Assembly: GCF_963853765.1 (NCBI RefSeq) | Contig: NC_088859.1 | Location: forward strand, 48,484,001 to 48,548,000 | Direction of reading: 5' to 3' | DNA: 64,000 nucleotides | From: Magallana gigas | Lineage: Eukaryota | Shown here: piece by piece, positions 1 through 13,600 of the stretch | Layout of the letters: each line of letters starts with the position of its first letter | Position numbering within the stretch: position 1 is the first letter of the stretch | Notes under the pieces: generated by a model | What the model saw: the letters and a program-made list of their open reading frames with translations, nothing else | Database searches by the model: none | What the model was told of the DNA's origin: nothing | Position numbers and translations under genes: made by a program

Positions 1-330
1 TTTGGTGGTATCAAACCCACAACCTAAAAACCCCAGTTCTATAAATTTACCTAATGTCTGGTGCTCTAACCACTGAGCCATTTCATTCACAACAAAGTGC
101 GTTGTTTAAATGCTATATGAGACATTGGCCACAAATTTACGGACTTGTATTATTTTAATAAAACGTTCAATTGTTGGGCTACAAAAAAACATTTTAAAAG
201 TATAGTGGGTCATCTCTCCACATTTTTGTTGATTAAAATCGGTTTAAATTCCATTGAACCGCATTTAGACCATGACAAAAATATGGAGCTCAGACCCACT
301 CTATGAGAGAAAAGGCATTGAAGTTATAAA
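1..330 (-). mobile_element. Interspersed repeat with a tRNA-derived (SINE-like) head, truncated by the window start
   Basis: The reverse complement of 1-81 reads TGGCTCAGTGGTTAGAGCACC...GGGTTTGATACC, i.e. an A-box and a degenerate B-box with an insert that prevents a clean cloverleaf. It lies in a TTYH intron. The right boundary is approximate. Confidence 0.4.
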
Positions 331-1180
331 AATGACACTATTTGGAGGTTTTGACACGCATACGCCAGTTTAAATTAACCTATTACATGTATTTAAAATA
401 TTTAAGGGTTACAAACCGATGTTACGTTAAATATACACTGTTTTTGATTATTATTGAAAAAATTATCAGATTTAGTGATATTTTAATTTTGCGGTATCTA
501 ATCATTCCTCATATGGGCATTTTACACGCCTTGTTCACCCATCTTCTTTATTCATTCCAACACCTTGAGTTTTTAATATTAAATTAAATAGTGCTTTTCT
601 CTACAATTTTTTTACAATCTAAAAAAAAAAATCCAAAAAAGATGGTCATAAAATAGATCAATTAGAAAGACAGTACCCAACAGTAAAATCATGTGGGGGC
701 TCTAAATAAGACATGTTCACAAATTCTCCAAACTATGGAAAAAAGACGTGAAAAGGGGAAATTGTTGGTGATATCATTTAATTATCGGCTAACTGATAAC
801 AAAAAAATTATTCTTTTCTACCGTAGATGACCAAAAAAACCCCAAAGAAAATGATAGTAGCATAAAAGATTTTGATTAAATCATAAACAATGAATACAAG
901 CCAGCACATGTGATCCACACTCATATTAAAATCTATATCACTGGTGAGACATGAAAGCATATATTTTCTGCTCCCCTAAGTAATGTTACTCTCTGCTTTA
1001 ATGCCAACATGCATTTAGTTAAGAGGAATCCTATTTCATATCATTCTTCTAAAAATGGAAATTCAAGCAATATAAATAACCAAAGCAATAATAACCTAAT
1101 ACTGATTGTGACAGTATCATTTTACCAAGCAAACACTCAATGTGCCTTTACGATGAGCTGTTCTATAAAAAGTTACTTAC

Positions 1181-4143
1181 GTCATTATAAGACATCGTGA
1201 TTTCTTGTAACAACCAAGGCTGGTCGTCAGGAGGATGAAGAGAGAGAAGCACAGCAACACTATAGTGACTGTCCATCTACAAAACAACAAGGATGTCACC
1301 TAATACGTTAGTCTTCTATAGCCTCGCTGATGTCTCAATTACCCACCTACCCACCCTCAATACAATAGCTTTTATGATGCATATCAAACTATTCACTTGA
1401 TACAACAGTCTGTAATAACCTCACTGATGTCTTTATAACTTATCTTTCCTCCCTATAGCAGTCTGTAATAATCAATATCATCTACATGATACCTAATACC
1501 CTATGGTATATAGGGTATAAGGTATATAACTACCCATCCCCCATACAACAGTCCGTAAAAACCCTAAATGACATTTATCAAACTTCCCACTCCCACATAG
1601 CAGTTCAAAATACGGTAGCTTGCCTTCACCAACATCTATCAAACTGGACAACTGATTAGTTTGACCTTTAGAAAATTCTCATTTACCGGTAAGTATATTA
1701 AGGTAAACATAAGAATGTAGGTATCTTTTTCCTATTCATAAGAATTCTGGTTCTATCTTATTACTATTTATTTAGGAAAACATTCATAGGAATTATATAA
1801 TATTTATCAAGTAAAGATAATTTAGAAATCGAAATTGATACCCTCTGCATTAATTATTCTCCTTACTGGTAAATCTTAATTAAAAATCATTTACATTTGC
1901 ATATTCATCAAATTACGTTAAATCTGAGTACATTTTTACAATATTATTATATTAGTGCAGTCATTGATATTTCATAACTGATCATGATGAATAATATCAT
2001 ATCATTACATGAACAACACAGTTGTTTAAAGTACCCAGTATAAACTAGAACAATCAGACAATCTGATTCACAAAATAGATTCATTTTAAGACTCATCCAA
2101 CAAAATCTTTTCATTTGAAATGTAGACTCATTCTTAATTTCTTAAACTTTGCATACAATAAAAAATGTGTATACTCAATGAGCTGCCGGTGTTACCTGAT
2201 AAACTCGACATCCACCGCCTGTTTGGAAAACTTCTGCAGGAGAAGACTCGGCAAGTTGGACTTGACACTGTCTATCTCATTCTTTGTTTTCTTGGCATGA
2301 TCTTCTATCTTGTTTAGGAAGGGGGAGAGAGTTTGATTGGCTGTTTGATTACCTAATTTGCTGAGCAACTCTTTCAAAGCCTGCACCCCAGCTGGTCCAT
2401 TGAATTCATCGACCACATCATCGAGTGTATCTAGCTACAATAGAAAGCCAGAAAACTCACAGTCAGACAGTAATACATACAACATTTACCTTCCTACCAT
2501 TACTGATTCATAATGACTTCTTTACTTCCCAATTAACTAGTAATAAACTGGTTCCTGACAACTAATTTTCACAACCAATCATATGTTTAAGATTTTTTTT
2601 AAATGCAAGAGACATTAACAAATTGGTTTACGTACAGCTTGAAAAGTTTGTGATTATGAGACTCTCTTAAAAACTGTGAAACTTTCAGGCACACAAAGAA
2701 AAGGTTTTTTTACATATTCTAAGAAATTGGTTTGGTGTTTATACCTGGTATTTAAAGGTTCTCAAACAACACTTCGTCGCATGTACTAATGACATCAAAT
2801 ATCTTAAAAACCATAAAATATTCTAAATAATAATTATATAGAAAATGTAATCTGATTTGTTCTGAAAAGTCACATTACAGGTCAATAAAAATTTCTATTC
2901 CCTGTCATATTTGCGATACTTTTTATCTTATTTAACTCCATAGAGAATGTTATACATTTTCCAACAAGAATTATTGCTTGTTGATCTCAGTGGGGATTAT
3001 TCATTCTTGTATACCATAAAACTGTTTTAAATCAATAAGAATTCAATGATGAGAAAAGAGGAAATTTACATAATGATGTTTGTAAAACAATTCCTCTTTA
3101 CTTTGAACCAAACATCATTAGTTTGGTTGCTTATTGTGCATTGATTTGTCTCGGTAGATTTAAAACTCTAAGAAAAAACAAATTGAAACCTTCAGTTTAA
3201 TTAATTATCATAATTAAATATGATTCTTCTTGTTGAAATGAATCTTCAGGTGATCTGTAAAACATTCATGCAATAAACATATATTATGCCAAAATAGATC
3301 TATATAAACTTACTGTAACTGAGATTTCTCCCAGAGTTTGATTTGCGTCATCCAAGGAATTGAAGAACTCCTTTGCTCCTTTACCAACTTGCTCATTGCC
3401 AAAGAATCCCACAGCTACTCCACCTCTGTAATCAAATCAACAAATGATTTAAACATTTTGTCCCCATCTACTATCTGACAGTCAATATGTATTTGGATCT
3501 TATTGAGGTTATACCTTTAGTTAATCCATAATTTACATTTAACATTACATGTACCCAGTAATGTGTAATGTATACACAAAGGAATTTTGTAAATTTTATA
3601 ATCTGTCAGACTTACATGGAAAAAATTATGAAGATTGCCACTAATATTCGGATACATGTGGTTCGTTGTGCCTTCTGAGGCTTCTTCTTCACACACTGCA
3701 CACACAGACAACAGGAAGCCAGAAACAGAATCACCAGAATAAAGGCCACTGGGGCTGCTCCCCATAAAATTAAGGACTGTTGAGTTAAAAACAAACAATC
3801 GTAGAGCTCATTACAAAATATTAATACAGGCACGTGTGATAGGCACATACATCATTGCTCCTGTATATTAACCATAAACAAACTATTAGCATTATCAATG
3901 ATTCTATTATAGAAACTGATGTGGCATTTCAAACTGAAAGTAATATGTTTAGTATACGAATCGCTGTAAATAGAAAAACAAATCACATAATTTAAACAAA
4001 TGATAATTGACAGTGGCCGTTTTTACCTCTTGATAACTTCTGTTTTCTGGTTCAAAAGTAGAGTTTGTCTCTTGGAAAGAGAAGTCCAAGTGTGGAAACT
4101 CGTGCAATATTTTAACATACCAAATATCTCGATACGAATTCAT
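1181..4143 (-). CDS. TTYH: Tweety-family membrane protein, 5' partial (continues beyond the window start)
   Basis: Exons 4143-4027, 3776-3616, 3425-3314, 2434-2196, 1276-1181, all GT/AG with continuous phase. Translation MNSYRDIWYVKILHEFPHLDFSFQETNSTFEPENRSYQE/SLILWGAAPVAF..TM1..CIRILVAIFIIFSI/GGVAVGFFGNEQVGKGAKEFFNSLDDANQT../..VEFIR/WTVTIVLLCFSLFILLTTSLGCYKKSRCL matches Tweety hallmarks (N-terminal W..lLH.fPh, GVGFyGN..SLDDANxT, EyyRW, RS+CL). Confidence 0.9.
1320..1650. repeat. Degenerate ~55-bp tandem repeat in a TTYH intron
   Basis: Recurrent cagtctgtaataa / ctcactgatgtct / ctacccacc motifs; boundaries are approximate. Confidence 0.35.
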
Positions 4144-4293
4144 ATCTAAGCCGTAATATATCAAAATGTATCTGTATCGGTTCCTTTAAAATTGTAAAGC
4201 AGTTTTTCAGTCACATTCTAGCTGCGAATTTGGTAAATTAATCCTTTGGAATGTGCGTTTTGAACAAATCAGGATTGTCATTCGCCATTTTGT

Positions 4294-4480
4294 TCTCACG
4301 TGACCCGTAGGCCATAATATTTTTTACGACAAATATGCTTTATTATACACATTTACGTTCTTTATTTCACAAGTTTATTGATTATTATATTAATTGCAAA
4401 TTTTATCGATATATCTGATGCATGGTAACTGTTTGATTATTTGTCCCTCTGTAGTAGGCAAGCCCCGTGGTTGAGTCATG

Positions 4481-4501
<21 letters not shown>
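4294..4501. promoter_or_regulatory. Divergent promoter between TTYH and MKK3/6 with E-box, AP-1, CRE/ATF and kB-like sites
   Basis: TCACGTGAC near 4295-4303, TGAGTCA 4472-4478, TGACGTCA 4483-4490, GGGTTTCCC 4493-4501. The region is CpG-enriched and lies between two divergent start codons (4143 minus, 4735 plus). Confidence 0.6.
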
Positions 4502-4515
<14 letters not shown>

Positions 4516-4685
4516 ATCATTGCAACAAGCAGTACGTGACATCCAGGGTTGTGAAATTGCAGAAATTATCTATCTGTGCAAAAATGATGATGCTTTAGCG
4601 GTCCAGTAGCTGATAGAACAATCTTTAAGGAAGCATTTACCCGATTTGGAGGTGCACGTGTAGACAATATTTGTGATCAGGAAGA

Positions 4686-4732
<47 letters not shown>

Positions 4733-4734
4733 TC

Positions 4735-4878
4735 ATGCCAGGTAAACCAGCTGAAGGTTGCTTTGTTTTCGATGCATTTTGCATTTAGCGTTACAACTTA
4801 GACTTACTGACGTGCATTTAAGCCACAAGCATGCGGAATGCATGCCCCTTATTTTTTGTAGGACAACTTGTCTCAGCG

Positions 4879-4918
<40 letters not shown>

Positions 4919-5110
4919 TATCACTGGTGCAAATGCTGTTGTAAAACAATTATTGATGAAAGTATTATTTTATTTTATTTTTGACAAATTTTAAGCTCTT
5001 AAATTAAAACGCCAGTTTTGAAAATAGTGAAGAATATTCTGGGCTTTTCAAAGAAATTTATTGTACAATTGTATAGAGTTAATGACCTTTGCATGATTAA
5101 AAAGTAACTA

Positions 5111-5150
<40 letters not shown>

Positions 5151-8100
5151 AATAGTAATTGAAAGTATTTTATTAACATACAAGACTTGTCACTTGGTAG
5201 TTTTCTATTACTTAATATACATGTGATTATTTCCTTCAATATAAATTGATGTCCTGCATCTTACTGTATGTAACCGTACTAAGAGCCATACCAAGACACC
5301 GATAGACCAAAACAAAAACACATCAAAACTGCAGGCCTTCAGACTTGCTTGTTTATGTAGTAAGAAGATTCTTTAAAACACCATATTTATTTCAGCCCTT
5401 TGCCACTTAGATTATAATTTTAATATTTATGCAAGGTACTTTGAAATCTTGTCAGTATTTTTTTTTTAAGTAAAACCTTTCCAAGAAATGCTACAGAATC
5501 AGTAATTAGATATTCCCTCTCTTAATCTAATGCATTTTTAATTGATAGAATTTTGCAGAAGTTGCTTTAAAAAACATTCAATACATTCTTTGAATTCAAG
5601 AAAGCAGGTCTTTAAACCTTTAAAATGCTGCAAATGCCATCAAAGGTTCAGGTGTCTACTGTGCCAAAAAATAAAAAAACCTGTTACTTGAAGTTAAGTA
5701 GCTTTTGATCTGACAAATCAAGTCAAAACACCATGGTTCAGAAAGTAAATATAATACGTCACAATAAAAATGATATCCTTTGATGAGAAATTAACAAAAA
5801 AAAATCACTAATCATCTTTAAACTGGCTTAGAGAACATTGATTTGACATAGAATGTTTTTTTTTATTGGAGGTTGGAAGTTGTCAAACTTGTGCAGGTTG
5901 AGAGTAATCCAATGATCTCTGAAACTTATCAACATGTCTCAAATGCATGACATTGTAGAATACAATTTAAAGTTCATATTGAAGGATGTAAAAAGTCAAG
6001 GTCACCATTTTCTAATGTTCAAAGATTATCATGTCAAGGTCACATGACTGTCAAGGACAAGCATTTACCTCAGGTTTTTTTTTAAACAGCAGGCACTTTA
6101 ATACAAACTGTTTAGATGTAAGCTTCAAGGTCACTTTATCTCATACCCATTTAGTCATTTCACAGGAAGGAATAATTCAAAGGCCAATGTAGGTTTAGAT
6201 TATGAGGTTTTTCCTTTATGTGAAACTGAAACACTATGCATGCTCTTCTTAAAATATTTTGTTTGCACTTCCAAAGCCAAAAAAAAAAATTGAAAAAAAA
6301 TTTGAAATGTGACCCCAATCAAACTTTGCCTGATCAATTATTAAGATATTGGCTATTGACTAAATCTGATGTTACAGATAAAAATTGCCATCATGAGGCT
6401 GCAGAGGCTGGACAAGGAAGTAGTCTGTTTGACATGACCTCTTTAATTTAAATTCTGAGAAAATATTTGTTGGCATTTCAAGGAATATCATCTTTGTGAC
6501 GTAACTATAATGTTCTTACTATGATGGCGTATATTTAAGAATATTGGCAAAATTAATTTGACTGAAAAAAAAGAAATAAACAAAACAAAAAAAAGCAAGA
6601 CACATGAAGACATATGTATTTTAAATGTTTGATATTATCTCAAACAAAATCAGATCTATGAAAACAATTGATTAAATGAAATTATCTCCTGACCGTAAAG
6701 TCTTTGGTGTAACCAAAATCTAATCAAAGTACTGAAATACTGACAGGAGTTGATTTAATTGATTATTTGAAAATCAGTGATATGTAATTTTGCATGGCGA
6801 AGAAGGGAGGGCATATTGCTTCGCTGCTGTCTGTCGCTCGGTCCACCAACAGTTTCCGTTCATTTTCTTTGCAAGGGATGAACATATTGAAACAAAATTT
6901 AGTATACAGGTTTATTATGATAATATCTAGGTCAAGTTCGATACTGGGTATGATCGAGCAATTTTCGACAGAGTTATGGCCCTTGGACGTAAAAAAATTC
7001 CAGGTATTTGCAGTTTCCGCTCATTTTCTTCGGAGAGGATGAACATATATTGAAATGAAATTTGGTGTACATGTGTATCATGATAATATCTAGGTCATGT
7101 TTGATATTGGGTACGATCGAGCAATTTTCGACAGAGTTATGGCCCTTGGACGTAAAAAAAAATTCCAGGTATTTACAGTTTCCGCTCATTTTCTTCGGAG
7201 AGGATGAACATATTGAAATGAAATTTGGTTTACGGGTGTATCATGATAATATTGAGGTCAAGTTTGATATTGGGTACGGTCAAGCAATATTCAACAGAAT
7301 TATGGCCCTTGGATATAGAAAAATTCCAGTTATTTGCAGTTTCTGCTCATTTTCTTCGCGGAGGGTGCATATATTAATATGAAATTTGGTATACAGGTTT
7401 ATCTAAGTAATATCTAGGTCAAGTTTGATTTTGGATATGATAGAGCAATTTCCGACAGAGTTATGCGGCTCCTTGGACTTAAAAAAATCCAAATATTTGC
7501 AGTTTACGTTCATTTTCTTTGTGGATGTTTCCAAGGGAGGGGGGCATATGTTTCACAAACATCTCTTGTTTTTTATATAATATGAATAAGATAAAATTAA
7601 CACCATCAAAGTCTGTTATGTATTATGTATCAGTATTCTAAATATTTCCAGAAAAGTGTATCCAAGCAATTAAAAAAAACCCAAATAATAATAGAGTCTA
7701 GAGTAGGCCAGTTCTGGTTCTATCTTTAGATTTGATAGTCTTCCATTGAGTCCAAACGTTACTGCTTTAGAAATCGCAATTTGGTATCTAAGACAGCGAA
7801 CCAGTCCTATTGAGCTTTGGCCTAGGAATACATTCCACTAAAATAAATAACTTAATTGTTCGAACCATTTAAAATCTGACTATTTTCAAGGTGTTTATGA
7901 ATAAGTTTCCTTGAAAAACAATGCTTCCGAATACATTACATGGAATTTATTGATTTTTCTGAAGTACATGTACTATGTCGACTGTCTTGTCGCCGATGAT
8001 GATTTAATTGTGCTTAGGTCCACTAACTTTTCTCTAGAGTAACTGTATGGGAGAGTTGATAAAAATCAACTCCCAAAAATGGCATTNNNNNNNNNNNNNN

Positions 8101-10579
8101 NNNNNNNNNNNNNNNNNNNNNNNNNNNNNNNNNNNNNNNNNNNNNNNNNNNNNNNNNNNNNNNNNNNNNNNNNNNNNNNNNNNNNNNNNNNNNNNNNNNN
8201 NNNNNNNNNNNNNNNNNNNNNNNTTAGAATTTGAAGCAAATTTATAAAAGTTTTAAAGTTTCAAAAAGCAAAAAAGAAATAGAGGTTCATTTATTTAGTA
8301 AAAACGGGAATGAATAATTTTTATTTACTGGAAAGTGAAATATGTAAAGATAGAATAATTGCTGAGCTGTATTATATAGTTAATCTACCCAAGGATATTG
8401 ACGTACAGAACTATTGATCTTAAATGGCTTTATTAATTTGTAGTGTTGGTATGTATTACCAGGTACATATTTTTTTAAAATGATGAAGATATGGAGAACT
8501 ATTGATGCCAGCTTTATATTTTGAGTGTTTCACCTTGTCACATAATTGTGATGTTTTTAAAATAGGGTTTTCTGAGATTCTTATTCAGAATGAGTTGTTT
8601 TACTTTTAAAGTGTGAGGTTTTCTCCAATTTTAAAAATGATGAAAATCTATCCTGAAATTTTTGTCCAGTCGTCTTGTGATTCATTTAATAATATTAATA
8701 TTTAATAATTTTTGCAAACTTGAAAGTGAAATATATAAAGGTAGAACAATTGCTGTACATGTATTATATAGTTGATATACCCAATGATATTGACCTATAG
8801 AACTTCTGGTCTTGAATGGCTTTGTTAATTGGTAATACATTTTGTTTCTGTATATAATTACATATTTTTTTAAAATGATGTAGATATGGAGAACTATTGA
8901 TGCCAGCTTATTTGAGTGTTTCACCTTGTCACATGATTATTTGTGCTGTTTTTAAAATAGGGTTTTCTGAGATTCTTATGCAGAATGAGTTGTTTTACTT
9001 ATAAAGTTTGAGATTTTCTCCAATTTTAAAAGTGATGAAGATTTATAATGAAATTTTTGTCCAGTTGTCTTGTGATTCATTGATTCAAACATTTATGATT
9101 ACTCTAAACAGTACATAGTACTTGACACTAGGCAGGATCAAAATAAATCAAGGAAAACCCATTATTTTCAAACTTTAGGAATTTTTATTTTTACAATCTC
9201 TGAGTGGGGGATTTATCGAAGTTTTCAGTTTTACTATCCATCTCTAAAAAGGGAAGCCTTGTCCATTTAACCCCCATCTATTAAGGTCTGTTTAGTTACA
9301 GAAATTGTCTTTCCCTGGAATGTTTTTATTAATAAGGAAACAAGGCAAGATCGTGCATTCAGAGTAATAACTTGAAGACATCATTCCCTTGTGCATCAAA
9401 ATTTTCAGCTTGAAAGCTTCATAAAATTAAAAGAATCCATTGAAAGTGAGGTGGAAATCCCTATCACTATTTCTTCATATATTTTGACAATAATAGGAAC
9501 TTTGCTATTGTATCTCTCTGTATAACATCTAGTGGGTGTGATTTTATATCTGACATATTTCAGTGTAATGTTATATCATTCCTATGTAATACATGTACTT
9601 TAAAGGGAATTCATGGTTCATCATGTTCATAGGTTCAAGAGTTCTGACATTAGACATATACTGGTATAAACCGGGTATTTTAAGGTAATTCTCAATTTGA
9701 TGTACCAGTAAATTAAAAATGCCTTGTTTTTTTTAAACCCCCCCCCCCCTTAAAAAAAAGCTCTACTTTTCAAATATATTTTAGTTGTTAAAACATGTAC
9801 AATTGCACAAGAGACTGCACTTTGCAGCTCAATATTCCTGTTAACTGAATATGAATGTTGAGCTGTGATGTTATCCTGCCTTCATCTGCATCAGTGATTT
9901 ACATTTGGATTTAATCTGTCCTTTATCTGATCTGATTGAGTTCTCTTCATCTAAGCTTACAAGCTAAAACTTAGAACTAAGATGCCTTTTTACATTTTTT
10001 CAAGGAGATCAGTATTTTTCTGCATATGAAATATGTTGAGAACCTTAACTAAGCTATTTTGTTAGCGACACTGCAGAACTAATACCCAGACTGGTTTGAA
10101 AGTCCAGTATTAGAACCAGTGTAAGGCGTTGAACTGTAATGCAATAACTTGAGGCTTTTTAATTATACTTTTAAATTGATTAATCTACAGCTGCGAAGCT
10201 TCATTCGTAGTCTGGACTATTTTTAGACTAATATTGGAAGCAATCTGACAGGTCTTCACCGAAAGCCTTTACAGAAATAGAAAATTTATCCAATTTTTTG
10301 TAATCCATCATTCTTTTACTGATAATTACAGAACTATTTCATCAAACATATTCATATTTCATATCTACATCGTAGAAATGAAATCTTTTAGATTAATTTT
10401 AAGGAGTTTATGTGCTGTCTGACTCCGATTTATATTAGTTATAAAGGAGCCATGGTAAGTAGAGTCAGTCATCTCTCAGACGCCTGATATTCGTTCCTTA
10501 TATTATACCTGTAGATAGTGTGATGTTATGAATATTCATGACTGCCTTGTTTTGCCTGTCACCTAGCGGTGTGTGAACG

Positions 10580-10627
<48 letters not shown>

Positions 10628-10646
10628 ACAGCCAATCAGATCGCTT

Positions 10647-10689
<43 letters not shown>

Positions 10690-13600
10690 GAGGGGAAAAT
10701 AATAGTGTGTATTGACCAATAGTATTTCATGATTCATCCGGACATGATCATGTGCTCAGTGCCAATTCTATTGTAAACATGCATTTTTGGAAATTTGTAG
10801 AAATATTTTAGTGTATTGAAAATTTAACTCCATACTTGAAGTATTACTGGGTTTATATATGTGATTTTGTTTGACAATCAAAATGATGGCTAATCCAATC
10901 CAAGTAAACTTTAACTCGGGGATTAATGGGTCACCGAAGGAGACACCAAGAAAAGGTAAGCCTAATTCCAGCTTACCTGATGACCCTTATTATTTGGTTG
11001 TGTTTACTGCTCAAAATGCCAAGAGGGTGTCCAGGTATAATACTGAATAAATGAACTCTGAAGTAACAAAAAGAAAAACAGGATGTGCTGTTTCTGTACA
11101 GAGGAAATTATCAATATATACTGGTACACTTGATCAAAATGAATAAATAATCAAATAAATGCATCTATATGTTGTACGATCTTGCAATGAATGCATTGTA
11201 ACTAAACAAAACTGTATCATTTGTTTTTCTTAGCTTTCACTAAAAAATAAAAATTCAATAATTATATAATCAGTGAAGTGTATAGCTTGTCAACATTCCA
11301 CAGACGCCTTGAATGCCAATCGTTTGTGCGGTTTAGGGGTTCTGAATCGCTCTAGATTGTTTATTAGTTGATTTTGTCATGGTGCCTGTCGGTAGTACAT
11401 GTACAGCAAAGCGTGGTACAGCACAGCTTTTGTAGCTTTTGTAAGAAGGCTGCACTTGATCACCTTTCTCCTCAGAAAGTCGGTCTCTAACTGTAAACAT
11501 GTCTGGGACATTGAAAAACAAGCCTTACATCAGACTGTAAACAGGTCACGCTGGAGCGTCCGATCTGGATCCCACTCTCTTCTATTGATTGTTTAGCTAG
11601 AGGCCGGCATGCTAACACTTTAATGAGTTTTTCCTGTGAACACTCCCACAAGTGCTGAAGGTCGGCTAGATTTCAGAAACCACACTCTGGGTTTTCCCCA
11701 TCTCTACACAGCCCGACTTGTCAGTTTATCTTATCCCTCCGAACAGTCGTGTAATTCATTGCATGTCTGGAAGAATAATGAAGTTGAAAGGTTCTGCTAA
11801 TTTATGTCAATGTCTTAATGCATCTTTTTAACAAGGACAGCAATTTAGACACGTGTGTTGTAGAGCTTTAAATCTATTTTCATTACTTTTTTGGATACAG
11901 GTAAAAGACGGCCCCCAGGCTTGCAGTTTAAAATTGAGCAGCCAAAGGAAGATGTACAACCCCCACCGGTGTAAGTACCTAATCAGTAATCCAGCTGGGT
12001 AATTTAATTGGGACAATTATAAACCAATGTCAGGTTATTTTATTTTGGTCACAGAAAGTGTTAATTTTTTTTTTTTTAGATATGACCTAGTTATGTATTC
12101 AAAATAATTTTTCCATATTACCTGTATAACAATGTCATCTCTATTATTATAACACTGAAAATCTCTAGGCTATCAATTAGGTGGTTTTTTTAAACTTTAG
12201 ATAAAGGGTATGCTTATATGTTGATACTCCCAACATGCTTTATTGATACGGTAAATACCTCAACACAATTTTGTACAAATTCTGGCCAGTCCAGGTTATG
12301 GTTGCAATCAGTGCTGAGGGATGTAGACCTCTTCGTATTGTTTGTGGCCACTTGACTGATAAGGGACAGGTGTACTTTCTGTTTCAAGGGCACTTTATGC
12401 CTTCACTTCCTTGTTACAGCAGGTAGAGGTAGATCGGCCAGCAGTTCTATAGTCACAGATCGATCTGCAGGCAGTTTTAGTTCTGTAGACATACTTCTGA
12501 TCACAATTTTCAAGTGTATATACACTAGCACTTCTTTAAAATATTTGAAAGATCCAACTCTGAATCATGTGTAGTACCATAGTATATACCTATTTACTGG
12601 CTATGAAACAGCAACTTTTTACAAGGCATTTCCAAGGGAAATAGTTGCTGTTGAGGAGGTCAGTAAACTTGCTATTGTCCAAATAGTAAATAGGTATTTT
12701 ATTATAATACCAAAGAAAACTTTATTGGCGATGCTGATTTTCTTAAAGGTTAACAAATTAGAGTTATCAGACTTTGAATTTAACGTAGCGACTCAGATTA
12801 GACCAGAGGTGTTCCAAGTTTAAGATCAAGGGAAATTGAAAAGCATCAGTGAATAGTTTCGACGACTATTCACCATGGATAGATTGCATGGAAACATATC
12901 ATGGATAGATGGAATAGCATGTTTATTCCTCGTTATTTACATAGAAAATATTCACAGAGGTATAATAATATTGACTGTTCCTTTCCTGCAGGCCTCCAAT
13001 TCAGGACTCCAAGGTGAAGATCATGTATGAGGGGAAGGAGTTTGAGATAGATGCCTGTGACTTGATCACCATTCGGAATCTTGGGCGGGGTGCCTATGGC
13101 ATCGTAGACCTGGTGAGACACCGCACCAGTGGGGCCGTTCTCGCTGTCAAGGTAACATTTCGTTTTAAGTGTACTATAGGCTGCCAATTGAAAGTGGAGC
13201 AAAATTAAGGATCTTTGAATTTAATCCATATAAATTGTAGTTAATATGAATAAAACTTTTAAATTAACCTTTATTCTAGGTTTTCTTAAGCTACTGATAT
13301 AATCTTTTAAGTTAAACTTTTAAATTTACTAGGAATTTGATTTCTGTTAAGTCATTCCCAAAAATTTAAATATGTACGGTATATCCAATGATTAAAGAAA
13401 AGCTTCTGTAATGTGTCAAATCTCCAGAGAGCCAGGGTACCAAAAACTGAATGTCATGATATCCAGGTCTTCATGTGCATTACTTGTCTTTTGTTCATTT
13501 CTTTGACCCAATTGTTTTCAATGATAACCTTTGACCACTATATATCGGGTATGATTTGATCTTTCTCTTGTCAGACATTGGCCAATCAGTTGAAGGCGTA

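Noticed and set aside
8047-8247. ORF spanning the N run (also 54605-55024 and 54615-54881)
   Set aside because: These are artefacts of translating through assembly gaps.
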